Source: Eledone cirrhosa
Lineage: Eukaryota
Length of the DNA stretch: 64,000 nucleotides
Direction of reading: 5' to 3'
Assembly (NCBI GenBank): GCA_964016885.1
Contig: OZ024741.1
Span: 21,328,001 to 21,392,000 of the forward strand
Part shown: piece after piece, positions 1 to 15,000 of the stretch
How positions within the stretch are numbered: the stretch's first letter is position 1
Layout of the letters: each line of letters begins with the position of its first letter
Made by a program: the position numbers and the translations under genes
The notes under the pieces: model-generated
What the model was told of the DNA's origin: nothing
Databases searched by the model: none
The model's input: the letters and a program-made list of their open reading frames with translations, nothing else

Positions 1-3000
1 AAGGAACTTTGGTTGGTCATGCGAGCTAATCAGAATGTGAGAAGTTGAGATGGAAGGAACTTTGGTTGGTCATGGGAGCCAGTCAGAATGTGAGAAGTTG
101 AGATGGAAGGAACTTTGGTTGGTCATGGGAGCCAGTCAGAAGGTGAGAAGATGAGATGGAAGGAACTTTTGTTGGTCATGGGAGCCAGTCAGAATGTGAG
201 AAGTTGAGATGGAAGGAACTTTTGTTGGTCATGGAAGCCAGTCAGAATGTGAGAAGTTGAGATGGAAGGAACTTTGGTTGGTCATGCGAGCTAATCAGAA
301 TGTGAGAAGTTGAGATGGAAGGAACTTTGGTTGGTCATGCGAGCTAATCAGAATGTGAGAAGTTGAGATGGAAGGAACTTTTGTTGGTCATGGGAGCCAG
401 TCAGAATGTGAGAAGTTGAGATGGAAGGAACTTTGGTTGGTCATGCGAGCTAATCAGAATGTGAGAAGATGAGATGGAAGGAACTTTGGTTGGTCATGGG
501 AGCCAGTCAGAAGGTGAGAAGATGAGATGGAAGGAACTTTCGTTGGTCATGGGAGCCAGTCAGAATGTGAGAAGTTGAGATGGAAGGAACTTGTGTTGGT
601 CATGGGAGCCAGTCAGAAGGTGAGAAGATGAGATGGAAGGAACTTTTGTTGGTCATGGGAGCCAGTCAGAATGTGAGAAGTTGAGATGGAAGGAACTTTG
701 GTTGGTCATGCGAGCTAATCAGAATGTGAGAAGTTGAGATGGAAGGAACTTTGGTTGGTCATGCGAGCTAATCAGAATGTGAGAAGTTGAGATGGAAGGA
801 ACTTTGGTTGGTCATGGGAGCCAGTCAGAATGTGAGAAGATGAGATGGAAGGAACTTTTGTTGGTCATGGGAGCCAGTCAGAATGTGAGAAGATGAGATG
901 GAAGGAACTTTGGTTGGTCATGGGAGCCAGTCAGAATGTGAGAAGTTGAGATGGAAGGAACTTTTGTTGGTCATGGGAGCTAGTCAGAAAGTGAGAAGAT
1001 GAGATGTAAAGAACTTTGGTTGGTCATGGGAGCTAATCAGAATGTGAGAAGTTGAGATGGAAGGAACTTTGGTTGGTCATGCGAGCTAATCAGAATGTGA
1101 GAAGTTGAGATGGAAGGAACTTTGGTTGGTCATGGGAGCTAATCAGAACATGAGAAGTTGAGATGGAAGGAACTTTGGTTGGTCATGGGAGCTAGTCAGA
1201 ATCTGAGAAGATGAGATGGAAGGAACTTTGGTTGCTCATGGGAGCTAATCAGAATGTGAGAAGATGAGATGGAAGGAACTTTGGTTGGTCATGGGAGCTA
1301 GTCAGAATGTGAGAAGTTGAGATGGAAGGAACTTTGGTTGGTCATGGGAGCCAGTCAGAATGTGAGAAGTTCAGATGGAAGGAACTTTGGTTGGTCACGG
1401 GAGCTAATCAGAATGTGAGAAGATGAGATGGAAGGAATTTTGGTTGGTCATGGGAGCAAGTCAGAATGTGAGAAGTTGAGATGGAAGGAACTTTTGTTGG
1501 TCATGGGAGCCAGTCAGAATGTGAGAAGTTGAGATGGAAGGAACTTGTGTTGGTCATGGGAGCCAGTCAGAATGTGAGAAGATGAGATGGAATGAACTTT
1601 GGTTGGACATGGGAGCTAATCAGAATGTGAGAAGATGAGATGGAAGGAACTTTGGTTGGTCATGGGAGCTAATCAGAACGTGAGAAGTTGAGATGGAAGG
1701 AACTTTGGTTGGTCATGGGAGCTAGTCAGAATCTGAGAAGATGAGATGGAAGGAACTTTGGTTGCTCATGGGAGCTAATCAGAATGTGAGAAGATGAGAT
1801 GGAAGGAACTTTGGTTGGTCATGGGAGCTAGTCAGAATGTGAGAAGTTGAGATGGAAGGAACTTTGGTTGGTCATGGGAGCCAGTCAGAATGTGAGAAGT
1901 TCAGATGGAAGGAACTTTGGTTGGTCACGGGAGCTAATCAGAATGTGAGAAGATGAGATGGAAGGAATTTTGGTTGGTCATGGGAGCCAGTCAGAATGTG
2001 AGAAGTTGAGATGGAAGGAACTTTTGTTGGTCATGGGAGCCAGTCAGAATGTGAGAAGTTGAGATGGAAGGAACTTGTGTTGGTCATGGGAGCCAGTCAG
2101 AATCTGAGAAGATGAGATGGAATGAACTTTGGTTGGTCATGGGAGCTAATCAGAATGTGAGAAGATGAGATGGAAGGAACTTTGGTTGGTCATGGGAGCT
2201 AATCAGAATGTGAGAAGATGAGATGGAAGGAACTTTGGTTGGTCATGGGAGCTAATCAGAATGTGAGAAGTTGAGATGGAAGGAACTTTGGTTGGTCATG
2301 GGAGCCAGTCAGAATGTGGGAAGATGAGATGGAAGGAACTTTGGTTGGTCATGGGAGCCAGTCAGAATGTGGGAAGATGAGATGGAAGGAACTTTGGTTG
2401 GTCATGGGAGCCAGTCAGAATGTGGGAAGATGAGATGGAAGGAACTTTGGTTGGTCATGGGAGCCAGTCAGAATGTGGGAAGATGAGATGGAAGGAACTT
2501 TGGTTGGTCATGGGAGCCAGTCAGAATGTGGGAAGATGAGATGGAAGGAACTTTGGTTGGTCATGGGAGCTAATCAGAATGTGAGAAGATGAGATGGAAG
2601 GAACTTTGGTTGGTCATGGGAGCTAGTCAGAATGTGAGAAGATGAGATGGAAGGAACTTTGGTTGGTCATGGGAGCTAATCAGAATGTGAGAAGTTGAGA
2701 TGGAAGGAACTTTTGTTGGTCATGGGAGCTAATCAGAATGTGAGAAGATGAGATGGAAGGAACTTTGGTTGGTCATGGGAGCTAGTCAGAATGTGAGAAG
2801 ATGAGATGGAAGGAACTTTGGTTGGTCATGGGAGCTAATCAGAATGTGAGAAGATGAGATGAAAGGAACTTAGGTTGGTCATGGGAGCTAATCAGAATGT
2901 GAGAAGATGAGATGGAAGGAACTTTGGTTGGTCATGGGAGCTAGTCAGAATGTGAGAAGATGAGATGGAAGGAACTTTGGTTGGTCATGGGAGCTAATCA

Positions 3001-6000
3001 GAATGTGAGAAGATGAGATGGAAGGAACTTTGGTTGGTCATGGGAGCTAATCAGAATGTGAGAAGATGAGATGGAAGGAACTTTGGTTGGTCATGGGAGC
3101 CAGTCAGAATGTGAGAAGTTGAGATGGAAGGAACTTTTGTTGGTCATGGGAGCCAGTCAGAATGTGAGAAGTTGAGATGGAAGGAACTTTGGTTGGTCAT
3201 GGGAGCCAGTCAGAATGTGAGAAGATGAGATGGAAGGAACTTTGGTTGGTCATGGGAGCCAGTCAGAATGTGAGAAGTTGAGATGGAAGGAACTTTTGTA
3301 GGTCATGGGAGCTAATCAGAATGTGAGAAGATGAGATGGAAGGAACTTTGGTTGGTCATGGGAGCCAGTCAGAATGTGAGAAGTTGAGATGGAAGGAACT
3401 TTGGTTGGTCATGGCAGCCAGTCAGAATGTGAGAAGATGAGATGGAAGGAACTTTGGTTGGTCATGGGAGCCAGTCAGAATGTGAGAAGTTGAGATGGAA
3501 GGAACTTTTGTTGGTCATGGGAGCTAATCAGAATGTGAGAAGATGAGATGGAAGGAACTTTGGTTGGTCATGGGAGCCAGTCAGAATGTGAGAAGTTGAG
3601 ATGGAAGGAACTTTGGTTGGTCATGGGAGCCAGTCAGAATGTGAGAAGATGAGATGGAAGGAACTTTGGTTGGTCATGGGAGCCAGTCAGAATGTGAGAA
3701 GTTGAGATGGAAGGAACTTTTGTTGGTCATGGGAGCTAATCAGAATGTGAGAAGATGAGATGGAAGGAACTTTGGTTGGTCATGGGAACCAGTCAGAATG
3801 TGAGAAGTTGAGATGGAAGGAACTTTGGTTGGTCATGGGAGCCAGTCAGAATGTGAGAAGATGAGATGGAAGGAACTTTGGTTGGTCATGGGAGCCAGTC
3901 AGAATGTGAGAAGTTGAGATGGAAGGAACTTTTGTTGGTCATGGGAGCCAGTCAGAATGTGAGAAGTTGAGATGGAAGGAACTTTGGTTGGTCATGGGAG
4001 CCAGTCAGAATGTGAGAAGATGAGATGGAAGGAACTTTGGTTGGTCATGGGAGCCAGTCAGAATCTGAGAAGATGAGATGGAAGGAACTTTTGTTGGTCA
4101 TGGGAGCTAATCAGAATGTGAGAAGATGAGATGGAAGGAACTTTGGGTGGTCATGGGAGCTAATCAGAATGTGAGAAGATGAGATGGAAGGAACTTTGGT
4201 TGGTCATGGGAGCTAATCAGAATGTGAGAAGTTGAGATGGAAGGAACTTTGGTTGGTCATGGGAGCTAGTCAGAATGTGAGAAGATGAGATGGAAGGAAC
4301 TTTGGTTGGTCATGGGAGCTAGTCAGAATGTGAGAAGATGAGATGGAAGGAACTTTGGTTGGTCATGGGAGCTAGTCAGAATGTGAGAAGATGAGATGGA
4401 AGGAACTTTGGTTGGTCATGGGAGCTAGTCAGAATGTGAGAAGATGAGATGGAAGGAACTTTGGTTGGTCATGGGAGCTAGTCAGAATGTGAGAAGATGA
4501 GATGTAAGGAACTTTGGTTGGTCATGGGAGCTAGTCAGAATGTGAGAAGATGAGATGTAAGGAACTTTGGTTGGTCATGGGAGCTAGTCAGAATGTGAGA
4601 AGATGAGATGGAAGGAACTTTGGTTGGTCATGGGAGCTAGTCAGAATGTGAGAAGATGAGATGTAAGGAACTTTGGTTGGTCATGGGAGCTAATCAGAAT
4701 GTGAGAAGATGAGATGGAAGGAACTTTGGTTGGTCATGGGAGCTAATCAGAATGTGAGAAGATGAGATGGAAGGAACTTTGGTTGGTCATGGGAGCTAGT
4801 CAGAATGTGAGAAGATGAGATGGAAGGAACTTTGGTTGGTCATGGGAGCCAGTCAGAATGTGAGAAGATGAGATGGAAGGAACTTTGGTTGGTCATGGGA
4901 GCTAGTCAGAATGTGAGAAGATGAGATGGAAGGAACTTTGGTTGGTCATGGGAGCCAGTCAGAATGTGAGAAGATGAGATGGAAGGAACTTTGGTTGGTC
5001 ATGGGAGCTAGTCAGAATGTGAGAAGATGAGATGTAAGGAACTTTGGTTGGTCATGGGAGCCAGTCAGAATGTGAGAAGATGAGATGGAAGGAACTTTGG
5101 TTGGTCATGGGAGCTAGTCAGAATGTGAGAAGATGAGATGGAAGGAACTTTGGATGGTCATGGGAGCTAATCAGAATGTGGGAAGATGAGATGGACGGAA
5201 CTTTGGTTGGTCATGGGAGCTAGTCAGAATGTGAGAAGATGAGATGGAAAGAACTTTGGTTGGTCATGGGAGCCAGTCAGAATGTGAGAAGTTGAGATGG
5301 AAGGAACTTTGGTTGGTCATGGGAGCTAGTCAGAATGTGAGAAGTTGAGATGGAAGGAACTTTGGTTGGTCATGCGAGCTAGTCAGAATGTGAGAAGATG
5401 AGATGTAAGGAACTTTGGTTGGTCATGGGAGCCAGTCAGAATGTGAGAAGATGAGATGGAAGGAACTTTGGTTGGTCATGGGAGCTAGTCAGAATGTGAG
5501 AAGATGAGATGGAAGGAACTTTGGATGGTCATGGGAGCTAATCAGAATGTGGGAAGATGAGATGGAAGGAACTTTGGTTGGTCATGGGAGCTAGTCAGAA
5601 TGTGAGAAGATGAGATGGAAGGAACTTTGGTTGGTCATGGGAGCCAGTCAGAATGTGAGAAGTTGAGATGGAAGGAACTTTGGTTGGTCATGGGAGCTAG
5701 TCAGAATGTGAGAAGTTGAGATGGAAGGAACTTTGGTTGGTCATGCGAGCTAGTCAGAATGTGAGAAGATGAGATGGAAGGAACTTTGGATGGTCATGGG
5801 AGCTAATCAGAATGTGAGAAGATGAGATGGAAGGAACTTTGGTTGGTCATGGGAGCTAGTCAGAATGTGAGAAGATGAGATGTAAGGAACTTTGGTTGGT
5901 CATGGGAGCCAGTCAGAATGTGAGAAGATGAGATGGAAGGAACTTTTGTTGGTCATGGGAGCTAATCAGAATCTGAGAAGATGAGATGGAAGGAACTTTG

Positions 6001-9000
6001 GTTGGTCATGGGAGCTAATCAGAATGTGAGAAGTTGAGATGGAAGGAACATTTGTTGGTCATGGGAGCTAATCAGAATGTGAGAAGTTGAGATGGAAGGA
6101 ACTTTTGTTGGTCATGGGAGCCAGTCAGAATGTGAGAAGATGAGATGGAAGGAACTTTGGTAGGTCATGGGAGCAAGTCAGAATGTGAGAAGATGAGATG
6201 GAAGGAACTTCGGTTGGTCATGGGAGCCAGTCAGAAGGTGAGAAGATGAGATGGAAGGAACTTTTGTAGGTCATGGGAGCCAGTCAGAATGTGAGAAGTT
6301 GAGATGGAAGGAACTTTGGTTGGTCATGGGAGCCAGTCAGAATGTGAGAAGTTGAGATGGAAGGAACTTTGGTTGGTCATGGGAGCCAGTCAGAAGGTGA
6401 GAAGATGAGATGGAAGGAACTTTTGTTGGTCATGGGAGCCAGTCAGAATGTGAGAAGTTGAGATGGAAGGAACTTTTGTTGGTCATGGGAGCCAGTCAGA
6501 ATGTGAGAAGTTGAGATGGGAGGAACTTTGGTTGGTCATGCGAGCTAATCAGAATGTGAAAAGTTGAGATGGAAGGAACTTTGGTTGGTCATGCGAGCTA
6601 ATCAGAATGTGAGCAGTTGAGATGGAAGGAACTTTTGTTGGTCATGGGAGCCAGTCAGAATGTGAGAAGTTGAGATGGAAGGAACTTTGGTTGGTCATGC
6701 GAGCTAATCAGAATGTGAGAAGATGAGATGGAAGGAACTTTGGTTGGTCATGGGAGCCAGTCAGAAGGTGAGAAGATGAGATGGAAGGAACTTTTGTTGG
6801 TCATGGGAGCCAGTCAGAATGTGAGAAGTTGAGATGGAAGGAACTTGTGTTGGTCATGGGAGCCAGTCAGAAGGTGAGAAGATGAGATGGAAGGAACTTT
6901 TGTTGGTCATGGGAGCCAGTCAGAATGTGAGAAGTTGAGATGGAAGGAACTTTGGTTGGTCATGCGAGCTAATCAGAATGTGAGAAGTTGAGATGGAAGG
7001 AACTTTGGTTGGTCATGCGAGCTAATCAGAATGTGAGAAGTTGAGATGGAAGGAACTTTGGTTGGTCATGGGAGCCAGTCAGAATGTGAGAAGATGAGAT
7101 GGAAGGAACTTTTGTTGGTCATGGGAGCCAGTCAGAATGTGAGAAGATGAGATGGAAGGAACTTTGGTTGGTCATGGGAGCCAGTCAGAATGTGAGAAGT
7201 TGAGATGGAAGGAACTTTTGTTGGTCATGGGAGCTAGTCAGAAAGTGAGAAGATGAGATGTAAAGAACTTTGGTTGGTCATGGGAGCTAATCAGAATGTG
7301 AGAAGTTGAGATGGAAGGAACTTTGGTTGGTCATGCGAGCTAATCAGAATGTGAGAAGTTGAGATGGAAGGAACTTTGGTTGGTCATGGGAGCCAGTCAG
7401 AATGTGAGAAGATGAGATGGAAGGAACTTTGGTTGGTCATGGGAGCCAGTCAGAATGTGAGAAGTTGAGATGGAAGGAACTTTGGTTGGTCATGGGAGCC
7501 AGTCAGAATGTGAGAAGTTGAGATGGAAGGAACTTTTGTTGGTCATGGGAGCCAGTCAGAATGTGAGAAGATGAGATGGAAGGAACTTTTGTTGGTCATG
7601 CGAGCCAGTCAGAATGTGAGAAGTTGAGATGGAAGGAACTTGTGTTGGTCATGGGAGCCAGTCAGAAGGTGAGAAGATGAGATGGAAGGAACTTTTGTTG
7701 GTCATGGGAGCCAGTCAGAATGTGAGAAGATGAGATGGAAGGAACTTTGGTTGGTCATGGGAGCCAGTCAGAATGTGAGAAGATGAGATGGAAGGAACTT
7801 TGGTTGGTCATGGGAGCCAGTCAGAATGTGAGAAGTTGAGATGGAAGGAACTTTTGTTGGTCATGGGAGCCAGTCAGAATGTGAGAAGTTGAGATGGAAG
7901 GAACTTTTGTTGGGCATGGGAGCCAGTCAGAATGTGAGAAGTTGAGATGGAAGGAACTTTTGTTGGTCATGGGAGCCAGTCAGAATGTGAGAAGTTGAGA
8001 TGGAAGGAACTTGTGTTGGTCATGGGAGCCAGTCAGAATGTGAGAAGATGAGATGGAAGGAACTTTGGTTGGTCATGGGAGCCAGTCAGAATGTGAGAAG
8101 ATGAGATGGAAGGAACTTTGGTTGGTCATGGGAGCTAGTCAGAATCTGAGAAGATGAGATGGAATGAACTTTGGTTGGTCATGGGAGCTAATCAGAATGT
8201 GAGAAGATGAGATGGAAGGAACTTTGGTTGGTCATGGGAGCCAGTCAGAATCTGAGAAGATGAGATGGAAGGAACTTTGATTGGTCATGGGAGCCAGTCA
8301 GAATGTGAGAAGATGAGATTGAAGGAACTTTGGTTGGTCATGGGAGCCAGTCAGAATGTGAGAAGTTGAGATGGAAGGAACTTTGGTTGGTAATGGGAGC
8401 CAGTCAGAATGTGAGAAGATGAGATAGAAGGAACTTTGGTTGGTCATGGGAGCTAATCAGAATGTGAGAAGTTGAGATGGAAGGAACTTTGGTTGGTCAT
8501 GGGAGCTAATCAGAATGTGAGAAGTTGAGATGGAAGGAACTTTGGTTGGTCATGGGAGCTAGTCAGAATCTGAGAAGATGAGATGGAAGGAACTTTGGTT
8601 GGTCATGGGAGCTAATCAGAATGTGAGAAGTTGAGATGGAAGGAACTTTGGTTGGTCATGGGAGCTAGTCAGAATCTGAGAAGATGAGATGGAAGGAACT
8701 TTGGTTGGTCATGGGAGCTAATCAGAATGTGAGAAGATGAGATGGAAGGAACTTTGGTTGGTCATGGGAGCTAGTCAGAATGTGAGAAGTTGAGATGGAA
8801 GGAACTTTGGTTGGTCATGGGAGCCAGTCAGAATGTGAGAAGTTCAGATGGAAGGAACTTTGGTTGGTCACGGGAGCTAATCAGAATGTGAGAAGATGAG
8901 ATGGAAGGAACTTTGGTTGGTCATGGGAGCCAGTCAGAATGTGAGAAGTTGAGATGGAAGGAAATTGTGTTGGTCATGGGAGCCAGTCAGAAGGTGAGAA

Positions 9001-12000
9001 GATGAGATGGAAGGAACTTTTGTTGGTCATGGGAGCCAGTCAGAATGTGAGAAGATGAGATGGAAGGAACTTTGGTTGGTCATGGGAGCCAGTCAGAATG
9101 TGAGAAGATGAGATGGAAGGAACTTTGGTTGGTCATGGGAGCCAGTCAGAATGTGAGAAGTTGAGATGGAAGGAACTTTTGTTGGTCATGGGAGCCAGTC
9201 AGAATGTGAGAAGTTGAGATGGAAGGAACTTTTGTTGGACATGGGAGCCAGTCAGAATGTGAGAAGTTGAGATGGAAGGAACTTTTGTTGGTCATGGGAG
9301 CCAGTCAGAATGTGAGAAGTTGAGATGGAAGGAACTTGTGTTGGTCATGGGAGCCAGTCAGAATGTGAGAAGATGAGATGGAAGGAACTTTGGTTGGTCA
9401 TGGGAGCCAGTCAGAATGTGAGAAGATGAGATGGAAGGAACTTTGGTTGGTCATGGGAGCTAGTCAGAATGTGAGATGAGATGGAAGGAACTTTGGTTGG
9501 TCATGGGAGCTAATCAGAATGTGAGAAGATGAGATGGAAGGAACTTTTGTTGGTCATGGGAGCCAGTCAGAATGTGAGAAGATGAGATGGAAGGAACTTT
9601 GATTGGTCATGGGAGCCAGTCAGAATGTGAGAAGTTGAGATGGAAGGAACTTTTGTTGGTCATGGGAGCCAGTCAGAATGTGAGAAGATGAGATGGAAGG
9701 AACTTGTGTTGGTCATGGGAGCCAGTCAGAATGTGAGAAGATGAGATGGAAGGAACTTTGGTTGGTCATGGGAGCCAGTCAGAATGTGAGAAGTTGAGAT
9801 GGAAGGAACTTGTGTTGGTCATGGGAGCCAGTCAGAATGTGAGAAGATGAGATGGAAGGAACTTGTGTTGGTCATGGGAGCCAGTCAGAATGTGAGAAGA
9901 TGAGATGGAAGGAACTTTTGTTGGTCATGGGAGCCAGTCAGAATGTGAGAAGATGAGATGGAAGGAACTTTGGTTGGTCATGGGAGCCAGTCAGAATGTG
10001 AGAAGTTGAGATGGAAGGAACTTTTGTTGGTCATGGGAGCTAGTCAGAAAGTGAGAAGATGAGATGTAAAGAACTTTGGTTGGTCATGGGAGCTAATCAG
10101 AATGTGAGAAGTTGAGATGGAAGGAACTTTGGTTGGTCATGCGAGCTAATCAGAATGTGAGAAGTTGAGATGGAAGGAACTTTGGTTGGTCATGGGAGCC
10201 AGTCAGAATGTGAGAAGATGAGATGGAAGGAACTTTGGTTGGTCATGGGAGCCAGTCAGAATGTGAGAAGTTGAGATGGAAGGAACTTTGGTTGGTCATG
10301 GGAGCCAGTCAGAATGTGAGAAGTTGAGATGGAAGGAACTTTTGTTGGTCATGGGAGCCAGTCAGAATGTGAGAAGATGAGATGGAAGGAACTTTTGTTG
10401 GTCATGGGAGCCAGTCAGAATGTGAGAAGTTGAGATGGAAGGAACTTGTGTTGGTCGTGGGAGCCAGTCAGAAGGTGAGAAGATGAGATGGAAGGAACTT
10501 TTGTTGGTCATGGGAGCCAGTCAGAATGTGAGAAGATGAGATGGAAGGAACTTTGCTTGGTCATGGGAGCCAGTCATAATGTGAGAAGATGAGATGGAAG
10601 GAACTTTGGTTGGTCATGGGAGCCAGTCAGAATGTGAGAAGTTGAGATGGAAGGAACTTTTGTTGGTCATGGGAGCCAGTCACAATGTGAGAAGTTGAGA
10701 TGGAAGGAACTTTTGTTGGTCATGGGAGCCAGTCAGAATGTGAGAAGTTGAGATGGAAGGAACTTTTGTTGGTCATGGGAGCCAGTCAGAATGTGAGAAG
10801 TTGAGATGGAAGGAACTTGTGTTGGTCATGGGAGCCAGTCAGAATGTGAGAAGATGAGATGGAAGGAACTTTGGTTGGTCATGGGAGCCAGTCAGAATGT
10901 GAGAAGATGAGATGGAAGGAACTTTGGTTGGTCATGGGAGCTAGTCAGAATCTGAGAAGATGAGATGGAATGAACTTTGGTTGGTCATGGGAGCTAATCA
11001 GAATGTGAGAAGATGAGATGGAAGGAACTTTGGTTGGTCATGGGAGCCAGTCAGAATCTGAGAAGATGAGATGGAAGGAACTTGTGTTGGTCATGGGAGC
11101 CAGTCAGAATGTGAGAAGATGAGATGGAAGGAACTTTGGTTGGTCATGGGAGCCAGTCAGAATGTGAGAAGATGAGATGGAAGGAACTTTGGTTGGTCAT
11201 GGGAGCTAGTCAGAATGTGAGAAGATGAGATGGAAGGAACTTTGGTTGGTCATGGGAGCTAATCAGAATGTGAGAAGATGAGATGGAAGGAACTTTTGTT
11301 GGTCATGGGAGCCAGTCAGAATGTGAGAAGATGAGATGGAAGGAACTTGTGTTGGTCATGGGAGCCAGTCAGAAGGTGAGAAGATGAGATGGAAGGAACT
11401 TTTGTTGGTCATGGGAGCCAGTCAGAATGTGAGAAGTTGAGATGGAAGGAACTTTGGTTGGTCATGCGAGCTAATCAGAATGTGAGAAGTTGAGATGGAA
11501 GGAACTTTGGTTGGTCATGCGAGCTAATCAGAATGTGAGAAGTTGAGATGGAAGGAACTTTGGTTGGTCATGGGAGCCAGTCAGAATGTGAGAAGATGAG
11601 ATGGAAGGAACTTTTGTTGGTCATGGGAGCCAGTCAGAATGTGAGAAGATGAGATGGAAGGAACTTTGGTTGGTCATGGGAGCCAGTCAGAATGTGAGAA
11701 GTTGAGATGGAAGGAACTTTTGTTGGTCATGGGAGCTAGTCAGAAAGTGAGAAGATGAGATGTAAAGAACTTTGGTTGGTCATGGGAGCTAATCAGAATG
11801 TGAGAAGTTGAGATGGAAGGAACTTTGGTTGGTCATGCGAGCTAATCAGAATGTGAGAAGTTGAGATGGAAGGAACTTTGGTTGGTCATGGGAGCCAGTC
11901 AGAATGTGAGAAGATGAGATGGAAGGAACTTTGGTTGGTCATGGGAGCCAGTCAGAATGTGAGAAGTTGAGATGGAAGGAACTTTGGTTGGTCATGGGAG

Positions 12001-15000
12001 CCAGTCAGAATGTGAGAAGTTGAGATGGAAGGAACTTTTGTTGGTCATGGGAGCCAGTCAGAATGTGAGAAGATGAGATGGAAGGAACTTTTGTTGGTCA
12101 TGCGAGCCAGTCAGAATGTGAGAAGTTGAGATGGAAGGAACTTGTGTTGGTCATGGGAGCCAGTCAGAAGGTGAGAAGATGAGATGGAAGGAACTTTTGT
12201 TGGTCATGGGAGCCAGTCAGAATGTGAGAAGATGAGATGGAAGGAACTTTGGTTGGTCATGGGAGCCAGTCAGAATGTGAGAAGATGAGATGGAAGGAAC
12301 TTTGGTTGGTCATGGGAGCCAGTCAGAATGTGAGAAGTTGAGATGGAAGGAACTTTTGTTGGTCATGGGAGCCAGTCAGAATGTGAGAAGTTGAGATGGA
12401 AGGAACTTTTGTTGGGCATGGGAGCCAGTCAGAATGTGAGAAGTTGAGATGGAAGGAACTTTTGTTGGTCATGGGAGCCAGTCAGAATGTGAGAAGTTGA
12501 GATGGAAGGAACTTGTGTTGGTCATGGGAGCCAGTCAGAATGTGAGAAGATGAGATGGAAGGAACTTTGGTTGGTCATGGGAGCCAGTCAGAATGTGAGA
12601 AGATGAGATGGAAGGAACTTTGGTTGGTCATGGGAGCTAGTCAGAATCTGAGAAGATGAGATGGAATGAACTTTGGTTGGTCATGGGAGCTAATCAGAAT
12701 GTGAGAAGATGAGATGGAAGGAACTTTGGTTGGTCATGGGAGCCAGTCAGAATCTGAGAAGATGAGATGGAAGGAACTTTGATTGGTCATGGGAGCCAGT
12801 CAGAATGTGAGAAGATGAGATTGAAGGAACTTTGGTTGGTCATGGGAGCCAGTCAGAATGTGAGAAGTTGAGATGGAAGGAACTTTGGTTGGTAATGGGA
12901 GCCAGTCAGAATGTGAGAAGATGAGATAGAAGGAACTTTGGTTGGTCATGGGAGCTAATCAGAATGTGAGAAGTTGAGATGGAAGGAACTTTGGTTGGTC
13001 ATGGGAGCTAATCAGAATGTGAGAAGTTGAGATGGAAGGAACTTTGGTTGGTCATGGGAGCTAGTCAGAATCTGAGAAGATGAGATGGAAGGAACTTTGG
13101 TTGGTCATGGGAGCTAATCAGAATGTGAGAAGTTGAGATGGAAGGAACTTTGGTTGGTCATGGGAGCTAGTCAGAATCTGAGAAGATGAGATGGAAGGAA
13201 CTTTGGTTGGTCATGGGAGCTAATCAGAATGTGAGAAGATGAGATGGAAGGAACTTTGGTTGGTCATGGGAGCTAGTCAGAATGTGAGAAGTTGAGATGG
13301 AAGGAACTTTGGTTGGTCATGGGAGCCAGTCAGAATGTGAGAAGTTCAGATGGAAGGAACTTTGGTTGGTCACGGGAGCTAATCAGAATGTGAGAAGATG
13401 AGATGGAAGGAACTTTGGTTGGTCATGGGAGCCAGTCAGAATGTGAGAAGTTGAGATGGAAGGAAATTGTGTTGGTCATGGGAGCCAGTCAGAAGGTGAG
13501 AAGATGAGATGGAAGGAACTTTTGTTGGTCATGGGAGCCAGTCAGAATGTGAGAAGATGAGATGGAAGGAACTTTGGTTGGTCATGGGAGCCAGTCAGAA
13601 TGTGAGAAGATGAGATGGAAGGAACTTTGGTTGGTCATGGGAGCCAGTCAGAATGTGAGAAGTTGAGATGGAAGGAACTTTTGTTGGTCATGGGAGCCAG
13701 TCAGAATGTGAGAAGTTGAGATGGAAGGAACTTTTGTTGGACATGGGAGCCAGTCAGAATGTGAGAAGTTGAGATGGAAGGAACTTTTGTTGGTCATGGG
13801 AGCCAGTCAGAATGTGAGAAGTTGAGATGGAAGGAACTTGTGTTGGTCATGGGAGCCAGTCAGAATGTGAGAAGATGAGATGGAAGGAACTTTGGTTGGT
13901 CATGGGAGCCAGTCAGAATGTGAGAAGATGAGATGGAAGGAACTTTGGTTGGTCATGGGAGCTAGTCAGAATGTGAGATGAGATGGAAGGAACTTTGGTT
14001 GGTCATGGGAGCTAATCAGAATGTGAGAAGATGAGATGGAAGGAACTTTTGTTGGTCATGGGAGCCAGTCAGAATGTGAGAAGATGAGATGGAAGGAACT
14101 TTGATTGGTCATGGGAGCCAGTCAGAATGTGAGAAGTTGAGATGGAAGGAACTTTTGTTGGTCATGGGAGCCAGTCAGAATGTGAGAAGATGAGATGGAA
14201 GGAACTTGTGTTGGTCATGGGAGCCAGTCAGAATGTGAGAAGATGAGATGGAAGGAACTTTGGTTGGTCATGGGAGCCAGTCAGAATGTGAGAAGTTGAG
14301 ATGGAAGGAACTTGTGTTGGTCATGGGAGCCAGTCAGAATGTGAGAAGATGAGATGGAAGGAACTTGTGTTGGTCATGGGAGCCAGTCAGAATGTGAGAA
14401 GATGAGATGGAAGGAACTTTTGTTGGTCATGGGAGCCAGTCAGAATGTGAGAAGATGAGATGGAAGGAACTTTGGTTGGTCATGGGAGCCAGTCAGAATG
14501 TGAGAAGTTGAGATGGAAGGAACTTTTGTTGGTCATGGGAGCTAGTCAGAAAGTGAGAAGATGAGATGTAAAGAACTTTGGTTGGTCATGGGAGCTAATC
14601 AGAATGTGAGAAGTTGAGATGGAAGGAACTTTGGTTGGTCATGCGAGCTAATCAGAATGTGAGAAGTTGAGATGGAAGGAACTTTGGTTGGTCATGGGAG
14701 CCAGTCAGAATGTGAGAAGATGAGATGGAAGGAACTTTGGTTGGTCATGGGAGCCAGTCAGAATGTGAGAAGTTGAGATGGAAGGAACTTTGGTTGGTCA
14801 TGGGAGCCAGTCAGAATGTGAGAAGTTGAGATGGAAGGAACTTTTGTTGGTCATGGGAGCCAGTCAGAATGTGAGAAGATGAGATGGAAGGAACTTTTGT
14901 TGGTCATGGGAGCCAGTCAGAATGTGAGAAGTTGAGATGGAAGGAACTTGTGTTGGTCGTGGGAGCCAGTCAGAAGGTGAGAAGATGAGATGGAAGGAAC

